A stretch of 34,945 nt of DNA, taken from assembly GCA_965655095.1 (NCBI GenBank), contig OZ296655.1, positions 70,990,001 to 71,024,945 of the forward strand. The letters are read 5' to 3'. The position numbers and the translations under genes are program-made. The notes beneath the pieces are model-generated. The model made no database searches. It saw only the letters and a list, made by a program, of their open reading frames with translations, and was not told where the DNA came from. Origin of the DNA: Haplodiscus bocki. Taxonomy: Eukaryota. This document shows positions 24,121-34,854 of the stretch, piece by piece (the first letter of the stretch is position 1; every line of letters begins with the position of its first letter).

Positions 24121-25016
24121 AATGTTGCTTTTCAGTCCATGAAAGGGATACTCAAAACATGGCAGCACGCTATGCATTGCAGAAATTCGGAACAGCTTTC
24201 ATCATTATTTTTCTATTAAAGTACATTGACACACATTTTTTTCGAACAATACCGACAGGACAAACGAAATCTGCAATGATATCTTGAAGTATTTATAGAT
24301 TCCATTACCGAATCCCAAAAATGAAATTGAACCTACAAAATCAAAAAAAACTCTCCGCTCACTACCAAAAAGACATCAATGAATATCCAAATAGACAGAT
24401 TAATTTATCGTTCTGATTTGGAAGCAACAATTCCTGTGTCTTCTCCGTTGAAAAGTTTGAACTACACAGTATTCAATTTATAGTTACAAAAGCATCAGTC
24501 TTAACCATCGCGAAATTCACCATTTCCTTGAGAACAAATTTCGCTTTGCTTTGAATTCTGAAACAATTGAGAGCAAATACGATGTGTAGCACGTTCACCC
24601 CTGATTGTCGGTATGGCATCAGCCTTACTAAAACTGTTGGGAGTTTTCACCATCCGAACGAGATGTTTTCTGGGTAACTTTGCGAGCACGAGAAAAATTT
24701 GTACAAACAGTTGGCAGAAGCGACTATCACTGTCCGCAATGCACCTCCACGTGTCAGGTGCGCAAAAAGCCTTTCGTAGAACAAACACATTCGTTTTTCT
24801 TGATTTGTAAGCAACGGGTTTATATTTCTGAAGAGACACAAAAATCACTTCAAGATATCATTGGAGATTTCGTTTGTCCTGTCGGTAGTGTGCAAAAAAA
24901 TTGTGTGTCAATGTCCTTACATAGAAAAAGAATGATGAAAGCTGTTCCGAATTTCTGCAATGCATAGCGTGCTGTCATGTTTTGAGTGTTCCTTTCATGG
25001 ACTGAAAAGCAACATT
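24121..25016. repeat. 170-bp inverted repeat pair (24121-24290 and 24847-25016) flanking a 556-bp spacer
   Basis: Manual ungapped alignment of the reverse complement gives 12 mismatches in 170 nt (~93%). Confidence 0.93.
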
Positions 25017-25428
25017 TATGTTGTTTGGTGCTATTGGCACACTTTGCTTTGTCAAAAAGACGAGTCGTTACTACGAAATTGAAGAACTATCTTTCTCTGA
25101 AAGATTTTCTCCGCCAATCACAACCTGCCACGTGCAAACCTGTGCTAAGAATGACAAATGTCATTCAATTTATGGCATGGTTAGGTCGACTTCCCGTTGG
25201 CTGATACACTTAACCGAAACTCCATTTCGATTCTGATTTTTTTTACACTTTCAGTCTACAGTATCGTAATAAGGTTCTCTCGGTCCCTAACATCAAAAAT
25301 GAGTGGCCTCTCATTTTTGAACCAGACTCATTCCCTCTGATTAAAAAAGACAGTCCAGGAAATGCCAGTAAGTTCCCAAGGAATTAATCCGCCAGCTTGG
25401 AGCTTGTTTTTTATTAAAAAAAAGCTTT

Positions 25429-25812
25429 TTGAACAACCATATAGCACGAGTTCCAACTAATTTCAACGAACATGTGATTACGGAGATGCGAGACAAGGTA
25501 TTTTCAAGTGTAGACCCAAAAGATGTGAACACAAGCGGGTATCAGTTGTCCCATCCGGAGGATATTGAGTTCCACTGGAAGGATCCTGACTGGAACAAGG
25601 ATGCCGTTCTCCAGCCAGGCATAGAAACTCCATTCTCCGCTTCAATTTTCTACGAATTTCCGATGAGTTCAGTGACTGAAAGTCCCATTCTGGTTGACAA
25701 AGAACAAGACAAGGCGAACCCTTTTCCTCCTCTTCCAACAACTCAAGTCTCTCAGAGATCAACCCACCCATTTGTGTTGATGGAAGGTCTCCTTTCAGGA
25801 CAAGAGCTTTCC
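25429..25812 (+). pseudogene. Acidic/Pro-rich Polinton accessory protein, copy 1 (C-terminus cut by the duplication junction)
   Basis: Open frame NNHIARVPTNFNE..EDIEFHWKDPD..PGIETPFS..PILVDKEQDK..PPLPTT. It reads through the junction into unrelated sequence up to 25911. Confidence 0.55.
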
Positions 25813-27829
25813 CCAAAAAAAAATAAAGTTTGTAGCAACTTGACTATAGCAATGCAAAGGAAAAAGGGGCGAAATTATGTAGCAAGTGTTACCCACTACG
25901 TTATACCATAGATGGAAAGACCATAAAAATTACTGAATAAAGAAAGAAATGCCGACCATAAACCGAGCTGCCCATCAGTTTCCTCCATCTGATAATCCGA
26001 ATATATACATTTACCTTACTAACTGACTGGATGAAACTGCTTGTCTTTGAAAACAATTCAATTGGAAATTTTTCACTTTTATGAAGGCAGACTGAGTCAG
26101 AAATTTATTCAATTGTATCAACATTGCCAAAAACAATGTCTGAGAAAAACAATCGAAAGCAGCATATTCTCCCGATAAGGCGACAGATGATCTGGAAAAA
26201 GTCTGCAAGTGGAACAAGTTCAATTGACAAGGAGACTGCTTCTCCGAGAAATTTAATTTGTTTGTCTTTTTTATTTTGATCTGAACTGTCAATCAGAAAG
26301 ACTTCCATTTAAGGAACAACTGTTGAATTTTGCACAGAATCTGTAGTGTAGAGGTTAAAAGCTTTTGAGTTTAGGAACTGTCAACGTAAGTTTTTGTACT
26401 GACCTAGTGAAGCTATTGTGTTTTCATCCACCAAAACATAGTTTCTTATTAATTTGTCCGATAAAAACATATTGAAATCAAATTGGTTGAAATTAAAAAG
26501 TTGCCAGTGTTGCCACTGCTGAAAATCAACAAATCCACATCGGTGTACACCACCAAAAATATCATTTTGCAATTTTTTTCCGAACAAAAGTAAATGTTGT
26601 CTGTCAAAAAACAGTTTCTGTGTTTCAGAAATTTTTTTTATTTTAAGAAGATACTTCACAGCAATTTTTTGGGCAAAACTGACTCAGTCGTTCTCTTAAA
26701 TAATTCAACATTTTTACTAACTCGCAGTCCCTGGTTCGAATAGCAGGTGTTAGCAAAGGGTCCGACAAAAAGTCTCACAATCAAGTTGTTCTGATTTTGC
26801 GATTTGAAGACAGAGCAGCCATTATAGATTCCATAACGAATCCCAAAATTGAGATTGAACGTACGAAATCAAAAAAATCTCTCCGCTCACTATTATAAAG
26901 ACATCAAGGAATATCCAAATAGAAAGATTATTTCATCGTTCTGATTTGGAAACAACAATTCCTGCGTCTTCTCCATTGAAAAGTTTGAACTAAATAGTAT
27001 TCAATTTATAGTTACAAAAAGCATCAGTCTTAACCATCGCGAAATTCACCATTTCCTTGAGAACAAATTTCGCTTTGCTTTGAATTCTGAAACAATTGAG
27101 AGCAAATACGATGTGTAGCACGTTCACCCCTGATTGTCGGTATGGCATTAGCCTTACTAAAACTGTTGGGAATGTTCACCGTCCGAACGAGATGTTTTCT
27201 GGGTAACTTTGCGAGCACGAGAAAAATTTTTACAATCAGTTGGCAGAAGCGACTATCACACCCCTCAATGCACCTCCACGTGTCAGATGCGCAAAAAGCC
27301 TTTCGTAGAACGAACACATTCGTTTTTCTTGGTTTGTAAGCAACGGGTTTATATTTTTAAAGAGACACAAAAATCACTTCAAGATATCATTGGAGAATTC
27401 GTTTGTCCTGTCGGTAGTGTTCGAAAAAAATGTGTGTTAATGTCCTTACATAGCAAAAGAATGATGAAAGCTGTTCCGAATGTCTGCAATGCATAGCGTG
27501 CTGCCACGATTTGAGTATTTTTTGAAGCCCTAAAGAGCAATATTTATGTTGTTTGGTGGTGATGGCACAATTTGTTTTGTCAAAAAGACGAGTCGTGACT
27601 ACGAATATAAAAAAACTATCTCTTTTAATGAAGGATTTTCTCATCCAATCACATTCGGCCACGCCGAGACTCGTGCTAAAAAATACAAGTATTTTTCCAT
27701 TTATGGCAAAGTTAGGTCGAATTCCCGTTGCTTGATACATTCATTTAACCGAAAAATCATTTCCTTTTTCGTTTTTTAACACTTTCAGTCTACAGTAACG
27801 CACCAAATTTTCATCCGTCTCTAACACCA

Positions 27830-28387
27830 AAACTGAGTGGTCTTTCGACTTTGATCCAGATTCAGTTCTTCTGACTATATATGATTTTTCCAAGAAAAGC
27901 CAATAAGTTCCCAAGGAATTACTCTGTCAGCTTGGAGCTTGTCGTTGTCTCAAAAAAAACCTTTTCGAGCAGTCATATAGCATGAGTTCCAATTACTTCC
28001 AACAAACAAGGGACAACGCAGATGCGGGATAAATTAATTTCAATTGTTGGCCCATAGGGTTTGGATACGAGCGTGTGTTAGGTGTCCAATCGCGAGGATA
28101 TTAAGTTCCACTGGAAGAATCCTGACTTGAACATGGATGCCATCATCCACCCAGGCATAGAAACTCCCTTCTCCGGTTCCTTTTTCATCGATTTTGAGAT
28201 GCGTTCAGTGGCCGAAAATCCCATTCTGACTGATAAAAAACAAGTCAACGCGAAATCTCCTTCTTCTCTTCCAACAACTCCAGTCTCTGAGAGACCAACC
28301 TACCCACTTGTGTTGATGGGAAGTGTCCTTTGGGACAAGAATTGAGAATTTTCCCGATTACTATCACAGAAATTCGTTTGAAAATAA
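27830..28387 (+). pseudogene. Acidic/Pro-rich Polinton accessory protein, copy 2
   Basis: EDIKFHWKNPDLNMDAIIHPGIETPFS..LPTTPVSERPT; paralogous to 25429-25812 and retains the downstream tail. Confidence 0.55.
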
Positions 28388-28769
28388 TATATTCCTTTTA
28401 GTATGTATGTGTTCTAAATTACACTATAGTAAACGTTTTTCATCTAATGAAAATGTAGTCCAAAAACTAGCCAATTTTGTATAGAAAAAAGCAGTTGTTG
28501 TATCGTTATTAAAATTTTTACTAGTGGAAGCGAATTCGTGCGTCTATCATGCCCATACAGAAAAAAAAGTGGGACACCATCGCGAAATCAAAACGCAACG
28601 CCCTAGCGAAAATGAATACGATTGGTGTTGTTTGAAGAGTGACCAATGCTGTTATCTAGTTGACGAAGATTTTTTGGGTTGTGAGACCAAAAGTTGTTGT
28701 GGAGGAAAACGTTTTGGAAGCAGCATGTGGTGGGGCTAGGTTAAAGTTTAACTTTTGAAAAGATAAAAA

Positions 28770-29225
28770 TTTTTGAATTCAAAAACTGACCGGGTAAAAA
28801 TTCCCAATCGAAATCCGTGGCGACGCATTTTTGGACTCAAAATCTGGCAAGACGAAAAAGTTTGAAATCAAAATATAGCACGTTGTAAAATTCTTAAATG
28901 ATAATCTGACACTTCGGAGAATATTAAATTCAGAAAAAGGCTTTTCGAAAAAACACGAAAAACGCAGAATAAGACACTCAAATGAACGGAAGCGTGATTT
29001 ATTGGATGCATTTTTTTTTCAAAGTCTGATTAGAGAACAAACTCTCGAATCAAAATCCAAGTCAAGGTTTTTTTTGAAATTCAAAGTTTGGCATGTCAAA
29101 AAAGTGTCAATTCCATTTCTAATGCGTTGTACATTTAACGTTCAAAATCAAAAATAGCGAAAAATTTTCAATTTGAAGTCCAACGAATTCAAAACTAATA
29201 ATTCAAACTTTGATTTTTAATTTTT
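28770..29225. repeat. Degenerate ~30-31-bp minisatellite in a non-coding part of the Polinton
   Basis: Recurring tt(g)aa(t)tcaaaatctg-like cores at ~28772, 28803, 28831, 28861, 28892 and 28922, and again at ~29005-29215. Confidence 0.65.
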
Positions 29226-29399
29226 TAAGCTCTAGCATGAAAATGACTATATCAACGGAAGAAGGCAAAGGGCGATCTTTTTTTCCATAATCTTTGTTGG
29301 AGTCGGTTTATTTGCTAGGTTCTTTATTGTTGTGTGTCTGATGTTACCTGTGATGTTTTTTTTTCAATTGCATAACAAACAAACATCTAAAAATCCCTA

Positions 29400-30306
29400 T
29401 GACATCCGAAGAAATAGTTACTTCGTAAAGTTTTCTCCTCTAAAAGGTATCAACTAACTAGTACAATTAGCATGTTCACCTAGAAAAAAATCTACAAATT
29501 TTAGCACTTGTAGTTCAAATTTAGTCTTTTTAACTTGTTCAATTCTGTCTGCAAATAATGATCCTCCGGTTTGCTTCGATTTAGCTTTTTGCAAGGAGCT
29601 CAACATTTCTTTTTTGTCCTTTTTCCTCTAGAATCTCATTTTCGCGATGCATTCTGCCCAATCCTCTGTTTTGGTGCTTTAAAAAAAACTGCCCTTTGCA
29701 CAATTTCAGAGAGTTGTACAATATTGACAACAACTTTGCCACTGGATTCACACTATAAAAATTGTATGCAGACTGTCCACGTGCCTGTAGTTGAAACAGA
29801 ATGCATCCAAGCTTTGTTGCAACTACTTATTGTCTCTTTTTAATATAAAGTCACATCCAGAATGGGGTAGGAGGCGCAATTTGTCATCAAGGTGGGCAAC
29901 ACAGTAATCTTTACTCACACAGTAAATTCCGAATGTGTTCGCAGAAAGGAGAAGACTGTTTCTTGAATATTTGGAATAAAAGCTGGGTAACACTTGTAAG
30001 ATTACAGCTGCCATCTGTTTGCTGATTCGTTTTTCGAATAAATGAATCTGGAAAACGAATTGTTAATAAATTGTGTACAACACTACGAAAAAAGGTAAAC
30101 ATCACGTGACAATGTCCAAAACAGGACATAATCTCCTGATCTGGAAATTGAACTCGAAATTGATCATAAAGAGAAACAACACGTGACAATGACCAAAGAT
30201 GAAGCGTATTTGAGTAAAAAATTGCAGCTCCAAAACAATTCTTTAACTTTCATTCACAAAAAATATCCGTTCATCGAGCTACTAGATTTATATATCGTTC
30301 ACCCAT
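29400..30306 (-). pseudogene. Decayed Cys/His-containing accessory ORF(s), unknown function
   Basis: ATG at 30306 (MGERYINLVAR*..KLKNCFG) leads into the 92-aa open frame 30189-29911 (..IMSCFGHCHV..PFCEH). Further broken frames lie downstream. Confidence 0.35.
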
Positions 30307-30890
30307 AACTTACAACACTGCTGCTTCTTGGAAAAACTAACTTGTTCTGACTAAGTCGACTTTATTAAAAGTCAACACAGACTTGTATCAATTTTGTCGT
30401 TCGAAAATGTTTCTGTTTACTTGGACGTGAATCCCAAAAGTTTCAGGAAAGTTGAAAACAAAGACCGCCGACTAGTAAAAAGTCATACAAGGAAGAGGCA
30501 GTTTTCAACCAGTTCGTATGATTGAATAATCACCCGGTCATTGCAGCGGAAAAATTGTTGGAAAGGAAAACTTGTCTCCAGCGCTGATACCCACATTATT
30601 GAGAGACATGGATGAACAACTCAAACTGACTCACAAGGTGGTTGACGTTGTGGACCGAGCAAACAAAAACATCTGCGTGACTTTGCTGGGGTAGAAGTTG
30701 GACAATCCAGAGACTTCTTTTACTGAAGTCCGACTTTTTGCAAAGAAGAGTGAGGACGAGAGTTTTCAACAAAATCTCTATGTGAAGTAAAAACTTGAAG
30801 AATTTATCTATCTACTTGATTTAATGAACCGTTTATATGATAAAGTTGTTACTACTCAACATAAATGTAGTATTCTATCAAAAGTAATTG
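30305..30890 (+). pseudogene. Putative tandem PC4-like ssDNA-binding protein
   Basis: The reconstructed frame has two similar modules, VYLDVNPKSFRKVENKDRRLVKSHT..EAVFNQF and SFTEVRLFAKKSEDESFQQNLYVK*KLEEFIYLLDLM, each a beta-rich stretch followed by a helix as in PC4/Sub1. The fold is inferred by eye. Confidence 0.4.
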
Positions 30891-31199
30891 CAACTATCTA
30901 CGCTTTATTTTTTTTTCTATTCAAGTCGGGATGAATTAGAAAATTGGAGATAAAAGAAACCTAATTCTGAAGCTAAAGTCAAAATTGGGACTTTTTCATG
31001 TTGTACTTACAACACCAGAATCTTCTCCCACAAAACCCAACTTAAGTATATTTGAAAGGCAACAAGTAGCGTACCTTGAAAAGCTGATTCGAAAGAAGAT
31101 TTTTCTTGCCCATATTAGACACTATGTATTGGTGGAAGAAAAATATGTGCAAACTTCAAGACTATTACAGACAAACTGTACCGTAATCGAAACAGCTCA

Positions 31200-31772
31200 C
31201 ACCTCAATGATACGAACAATGATCTGAAATTGAACAAATACCAGACTCTCTAGGCAAAATGATAACATCTACTGAGTTGCATTGACATGTTTTTCAAGCC
31301 GTTCTTTCCACTGGTTGAAACAACTGTTCTTAATTAAAACAAACTTTGTGGGGAATGCATGTTCTTTTTCTAATGAACATTTTCTGATTGTACCCCGCAG
31401 TAAAATTTCACTTTGGACACAAAAGTGTTGATAAAAACCAAGTTCTAAGGTATGTCGCTCCTGGAAGGCTAGGCGTTCTTTACGTGATGTGGATCAAGAA
31501 TCTAAATTCGATGTGATCATTGGTTATAGGGACTCTTACTTGGAGTTTATATTTCTTCAGTCCAGAAGAAGTTAGACTTCATGCACTACTACAAGATGCT
31601 GATGGAGAGTGCGGTCACTTTTTTAAAGGCCCCTGTTTCTGTTATATGATTGCACGAGGACCAATTTCATAGTGTTTGGTCACATGACTGGACTACACCT
31701 TTGTCTTCACTTAAAAATTTTTCGGCTTCCAATTTCAAATTTGTTGAGTTTCTGAGGAGGAATGTCTTTCAT
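31200..31772 (-). pseudogene. Decayed accessory ORF, unknown function
   Basis: Fragmented minus frames NLKLEAEKFL..NHITETGAFKKV..KYKLQVRVPITNDHIEF..ILDPHHVKNA*PSRSDIP. Confidence 0.3.
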
Positions 31773-32221
31773 TGTTCTAGATTTTGAGACTAGAGTTTAA
31801 AAAATTTAATCGGGAGCTGGGAATTTTTTTCAACGGAAACTTCAGCGCTACTCATCTCGTCCTCCAAATAATACAATCACAAGAAAAATGTTTTTTGGTG
31901 TGCAAGAAAATTGCAAGGAATTGTGTGGAACAGTGGATGTTTTGGTTACATTGATCTTGCCAACATATTGCCTAGAGGTGTTGAGGGAGATTACTTTGCA
32001 CAGGGAACAGAAAAAGCATGATTTGCAATCTAATGGAAAAATAAAAAAAGTACTTGGGTGATCATGGCTGCAGCAAAATTGGAGATCTAGTTGACCCTAA
32101 AGCAGCTTATGAAACGTGGATTTCCTCGAATTACCCATTCAGATACAAAAGACTAATTCACTGAGCAGAGTGCGATTCAGACTTGATTGGTAACTGGACA
32201 ATCCATCTTTTGCAAATGTAA
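31762..32221 (+). pseudogene. DEDD/DnaQ-like 3'-5' exonuclease
   Basis: MSFIVLDFE (ExoI DxE), RELGIFF, RPP, WCARKLQGIVWNSG, FAQGTEK, DHGC and C-terminal H*AECD. This matches the small DnaQ-like exonucleases of Polintons and large DNA viruses. Frameshifted. Confidence 0.65.
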
Positions 32222-32328
32222 ATTTTATCTTGTGAAACTTTTTTTCAATATCCACCTAATTAAATCAATTAAAATGATTCAATCTTCACTCTGAGGATCC
32301 TTGTTGAGTAACTGAGCTTATAGGCTAG

Positions 32329-32589
32329 ATGGTTGATCAGGATGATAAAATTAGTTCCGACAAAAAAAACTTTGACAGCAACAATCGAGACAGAAAACCG
32401 TGGTCTGGTTTAGGAAAATCCTGTTCCAGATCACTGATTGTCTTTGTGTCCCAATTTCTTGTCAGCTTGTTGGTTATCTTTGGTTGCCTTTTTAAAGAAT
32501 GTATTGCAACAACATGTGACGAATCAACTGTTTGGATGGAACTTCAGTGTAGTGCAGCAGGATACGTTTTACCCTCAGCAAATCTATGA
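32329..32589 (+). CDS. Small membrane protein (86 aa) directly upstream of the packaging ATPase
   Basis: Uninterrupted ATG-TGA ORF with a hydrophobic segment (SLIVFVSQFLVSLLVIFGCLF) and a second, weaker one (VWMELQCSAAGYVLPS). Its stop overlaps the ATPase start (ATGA, 32586-32589). Probably inactive like the rest of the element. Confidence 0.6.
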   Translation: MVDQDDKISSDKKNFDSNNRDRKPWSGLGKSCSRSLIVFVSQFLVSLLVIFGCLFKECIATTCDESTVWMELQCSAAGYVLPSANL

Positions 32590-33370
32590 ACGAAATAATT
32601 TCTACCAAAAAACGCGTATATCTATATCCTTGATCGGTCCGTTCGAGATAAGAAAGTCACAACTTCTTTATATTTGATTAAAAAGTGGAACCTTCTAACC
32701 AAAACTTGATACAATTCACTTTTTTCTCAACACTTCCAGCCACTTTACGATGATATACGAAAAGAGTTTGAAAAACTCGAGTTTCTTCAAATTGTAAACT
32801 TCGAATTCCTAGATTCGTTGAAAACGATTGTTACAAAGTTTTTGCTAACCTTTTGCAATTCAGATGCCGAGATTTGCAATTCAAAAGCATTTGTTGATGT
32901 TGCTACCGCTGGAACTCATCGCGATTTGGGTATTATTTACAATAAGCACAACTGATTTCTTCAAAGCAAATTTCTGCGAAACATTGAGCTCCATAACATT
33001 CAAATTGCTCTCTTGAAATCTCCCCGTGATGTGAAGCAAATCAGTGCCCTTACTGTAGTGTTGGGACTCGGACCAGAGATAGTCAAACTGTATTGAGATG
33101 CAATAACTGTTCCCTATGGTCATTATCTGACTGACTTGTTGCCACGAACAAGCCGTCCAGTACGTTAGTGTACAAACACCGGATCTATTTCCTGGAAGTT
33201 TTATTGTCCCGACCAGTTGAAACAAATAAAAAAATCGGACGGTGGACACCCAAAATGTCTCTAGTCTCCAAGGGTTGCAATCTTTTTCCCACGAAAGCAA
33301 TTTTTTTCCTGTAGTCCTAACCAAAAGAATTCATCCGGTTTCTATGCGAAAGCATAGTGAATCTTCTTAA
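32586..33370 (+). pseudogene. A32/FtsK-like DNA packaging ATPase
   Basis: Decayed Walker A ISLIGPFEIRKS (GPSxxGKS), Walker B FLLTFCN (hhhhDD), ATAGTHR (GRH), KHN*F, LLKSPRDVKQI and DAITVPYGHYLTDL, all typical Polinton ATPase motifs. Confidence 0.85.
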
Positions 33371-33540
33371 AGAAAACGTGTGAAGCAAAAAAAGACGTCA
33401 CGTGACAAACTTTCGAAACGACGTCTGATTTCATCTCTAAAGAAACTTCTTGGAAGCAAAGAATGTACGTTTTGGCATCCGAAAAAGGCTTACAGTCCAG
33501 AAAAGTCTTTACTCCTACCGTCTTACACCATTTGGCTGGA
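33324..33540 (+). pseudogene. Small basic Polinton protein (CExxxNxLxxN type) overlapping the ATPase end
   Basis: KEFIRFLCESIVNLLKENV*SKKRRH..WKQRMYVLASEKGLQ..FTPTVLHHL. Confidence 0.5.
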
Positions 33541-33541
33541 T

Positions 33542-33960
33542 TTGGAACAGCTTAGTCCCGTCCCTGCTCCCATGTACAACAAAAAGAAGAGTTTTAACAC
33601 TCAGGCAGTTACAAAACGGCAGCTTCCAAAGTATCAAACTGATCAAAATCACACTTACGAAAATGATTCGCTTGAAAAGGAAATAAGCAAAAAACTGTTT
33701 GCCAAGGGAGATTCTTTGGTCGACAAAATTTTGTGTTGTCCTTGTATCAAGCTCTCAAATTCGAGGACCTTAAAATTGAATGTTGTGGAAACTGGAGTCT
33801 TACTGACAGACTTTGCTCAACAACTGCATTGTGAATACGCAGACGTTTCAGACACGTACTTTACTCTACTTGACGCTGCTGGTATATTATATCTCCGAGT
33901 CTAGTTGTGAATCAAAATTTCAAAGCCAAAGAGAAAAAGACTGGTTCCTTTTCAAAGCCA
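33542..33960 (+). pseudogene. Polinton ORF of unknown function preceding the integrase
   Basis: Mostly open frame EQLSPVPAPMYNK..LPKYQ..DSLVDKIL..YFTLLDAAGI (3' part of ORF 33380-33904), frameshifted near its end. Confidence 0.5.
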
Positions 33961-33961
33961 T

Positions 33962-34852
33962 ATGTTAGAAGCTGCAAAGACTGTACACGCTGGTTGGAGC
34001 TGCATATGGTCTGTGCTCAATTTAGTGAGAGCTAGCAATCTTCTAGCATCAAAGGTGAGTCAAGATTTTCTTTCGAAGATTTCTGAGACAAAATTTACTC
34101 TGCAAAGCGCAATTCCATAAGAAAAAAGGCAATTACCAGATTCACAATTGATTCTTGGTGTATGCACCTGACATAGCTTGATAAACTAGCCTAAGATAAC
34201 AACGGATTAAAAAATCTTCTAGGATTTCAAGATCTGTTCGATAGAACCGTAGATGCAAAAAGAATGGAAACAAAAGACTCTAAAGAAATGGTTCAGGCCT
34301 TTTGGACTAAGATTACAAACATGTCGACGCGAAAAAACATCGGTCGGGAGGGAATCAAAATCTTGTGGAGATTTTCAAAAACGTTGCAAAACTGAAGGAA
34401 TACAAAGTTACTCTACAATGATTGAGACTAAAGCTGCATTTGCTGAATGTACAATACGAACCTTGGAAAATATAATCAACCATTATACGGAAAAATTGGT
34501 ACACAAGTATATTCAAAATTTCTCTCAATCCGTCACAACCGTGATTTCGGGAGAAATTGCTCTATAGATTTGATATCGAAGAATGTCAAGGAATCCGACT
34601 TTTTTGTCCATTCTGCACAACAAGCCACAGCGAGAATGAAGGAAACCCATGTTTAGAATTGGAGAAAGAGTTCGCATCTCGAAGAATGGTTTATCTTTTA
34701 CGAAGGCTTACAAGGTACAAATTACACAGGAGTTTTTTTTGGAAATCGTAGCAACTTCTTCCATAAAACCTCCAACAAACACAATAAAGGATGAACAAGA
34801 TGAAAACTTCCGTGTTGAAATTTATTGAAAATTTTTGAGCAAAGTAATTTAA
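33962..34852 (+). pseudogene. Retroviral-type (rve, DDE) integrase of the Polinton
   Basis: KLQRLYT..AAYG; SWCMHL (WxxDL); DNNGLKNLL..QDLFDR; KAAFAECTIRTL (AERxIRTL); PMFRIGERVRISK; KPPTNTIKD. Two of the three catalytic acidic residues appear mutated. Stop TAA at 34850-34852. Confidence 0.88.
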
Positions 34853-34854
34853 GA

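Larger units (their letters stand above)
23010..28385. repeat. Tandem duplication of a ~2.8-kb Polinton accessory block (copy 1 ~23010-25812, copy 2 ~25813-28385)
   Basis: Colinear near-identical anchors: 23027 vs 25830 (ttgtagcaa..ataccatagatggaaagacca), 24495 vs 27024, and 25560 vs 28097. The paired ORFs 24613/27142, 24680/27209, 24501/27030 and 25018/27546 are clear paralogues. Confidence 0.92.

Noticed and set aside
24582-24970. Stop-codon recoding (conserved TGA TGA) in the plus frame MCSTFTPDC.., or triple overlapping genes
   Set aside because: That frame also has conserved TAA and TAG stops. The parallel open frames are short, and their persistence is expected from high nucleotide identity between the copies.
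28770-29225. CRISPR-like array
   Set aside because: The units are contiguous and degenerate, with no conserved repeat/unique spacer alternation and no cas genes, in a eukaryotic TE context.
33380-33904. 174-aa ORF as one intact gene
   Set aside because: It is a frameshift-generated chimera of the ATPase tail/small basic ORF region and the next gene.
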